This document shows positions 62,753 to 64,000 of a DNA stretch of 64,000 nt, piece by piece. A model generated the notes under the pieces. The model was not told the origin of the DNA and did not search any database. It saw only the letters and a list, made by a program, of their open reading frames with translations. The stretch's first letter is position 1; each line of letters starts with the position of its first letter. The position numbers were made by a program, and so were the translations under genes. The DNA lies in contig NC_092676.1 in the NCBI RefSeq assembly GCF_964355755.1, positions 26,926,871 through 26,990,870 of the forward strand, given 5' to 3'. The DNA is from Antedon mediterranea (taxonomy: Eukaryota > Animalia > Echinodermata).

Positions 62753-64000
62753 TAATACAAATAGTGACTGGTAATTAGAGAATATCAGGTCATACACTAA
62801 TTATGAGTAAAAGCAATAGTGTATAAATTAGCGATGAGCAACAGTTAGGCACACAGAAATAATGAATTAAATCTGTTACAAAAAAAAACACTATATAACT
62901 TTTTTTTAACTTTGTAGCAAATAAAAATAATTATAATTTTTAAATATTATGAAATTATACTGTACATACTTTGATACAATATACATTAGTTTAAATTGAA
63001 TTAACTTTATGTATTTATTCAATCTAAAATGAATTAACATATCTATCGCTCCTAAAAGATGATCTATTAAAAAATAGTGCATTCGATTATTTAAAAGGCT
63101 TTAAATTGACGAGGACGTTATAAGGATAAATAGTACCTAATACAAAGAGTGACAGTTTTTAAACTATAGCATAATATCCCAGCAATGTCCACAAATAAAA
63201 CAATTACAGCTGCAGTGAATAAATGAAGAAATCACTAAAACTATTCAGAATGAATGAAAGGCACCAACAATGAGAAAATAAAAATCACTCATCATCTACA
63301 TCAGAAAAAATAACTTTCATAAAAAATGAAAATTATAGTTAAAATCAGTTTCTATTTAATGAGTTAAAATAAATAAAACGTTGGAAATAAAACAAAAAAA
63401 GACCTGGGTAAATATCACCTCAAACCTGCTGTCTACTAAAGTAATACCAGGTAATATATAATGAGTTAATTGCTTTTAGTAATTAGCAGAAGTAGCTTCA
63501 TCAGTTACCTATCTTTTTAAATACCTTAACTTATTAACATTAAATGCATTTAAAAATGTACTTTTAACTAAAGAGAATTTATCTTAAAATTCATATTTCA
63601 GTCTTTACTGGTTTTATTTCAAACTGACTGTGCAACAAACAGATAAGTATTGATAACACAAATCCTCCCTTTGTTCTTGTTAATTCATCTCCACCCCACC
63701 CCCCATGTCAACCATCATTTTATACCAGTCACTACTCGGAAAAAGACTTGTAAAAAATAATTTGTATGAAATTCTATATTATTGTGAATTTTGTTATTTC
63801 GCTTCTTGTATCATTATGATTAAATACTGTATCACCGGGCGGTTTAGAATTAATGATCTTTGTCTGTTGTGCTTATGATAAAATAAATATATTTGTGTTT
63901 CATTTATCATCTGTTTGTTATACAGAGAATTTGAAGACAAACAAACATACAACACATAAACATTTACACTTAGCAGATCACTATATACAGAGATCTCGTT

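Noticed and set aside
55100-64000. A second protein-coding gene downstream of ANKS1
   Set aside because: I found no ORF with recognisable domains or phase-consistent exons; small exons could be missed by eye.

Overview
AT-rich eukaryotic (metazoan, probably marine invertebrate; echinoderm is my guess and is not proven) genomic DNA. About 55 kb is the 3' part of one + strand multi-exon gene, an ANKS1A/ANKS1B (Odin/AIDA-1) family adaptor. I traced 19 GT-AG exons by hand (145-55022) that join in one frame. They encode about 1381 aa: the last ankyrin repeats, a long disordered linker, two SAM domains and a C-terminal PTB domain. The 5' end lies upstream of the window. Introns and the downstream flank are full of short non-autonomous transposons (13 copies of one Harbinger-like MITE, plus piggyBac-, Kolobok-, Harbinger-, Tc1/mariner- and hAT-like elements), two tRNA-SINE families, LINE 3' ends and several minisatellites. 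Most worth following up: (1) a candidate internal first coding exon that would give an ankyrin-less AIDA-1-like isoform; (2) a Kolobok deletion derivative with a THAP remnant, inward-facing promoter motifs and a nested Harbinger element; (3) a 1.7 kb array built from two alternating palindromic units. I see no prokaryote-type system (CRISPR, operon) and cannot claim a wholly new biological system from sequence alone.
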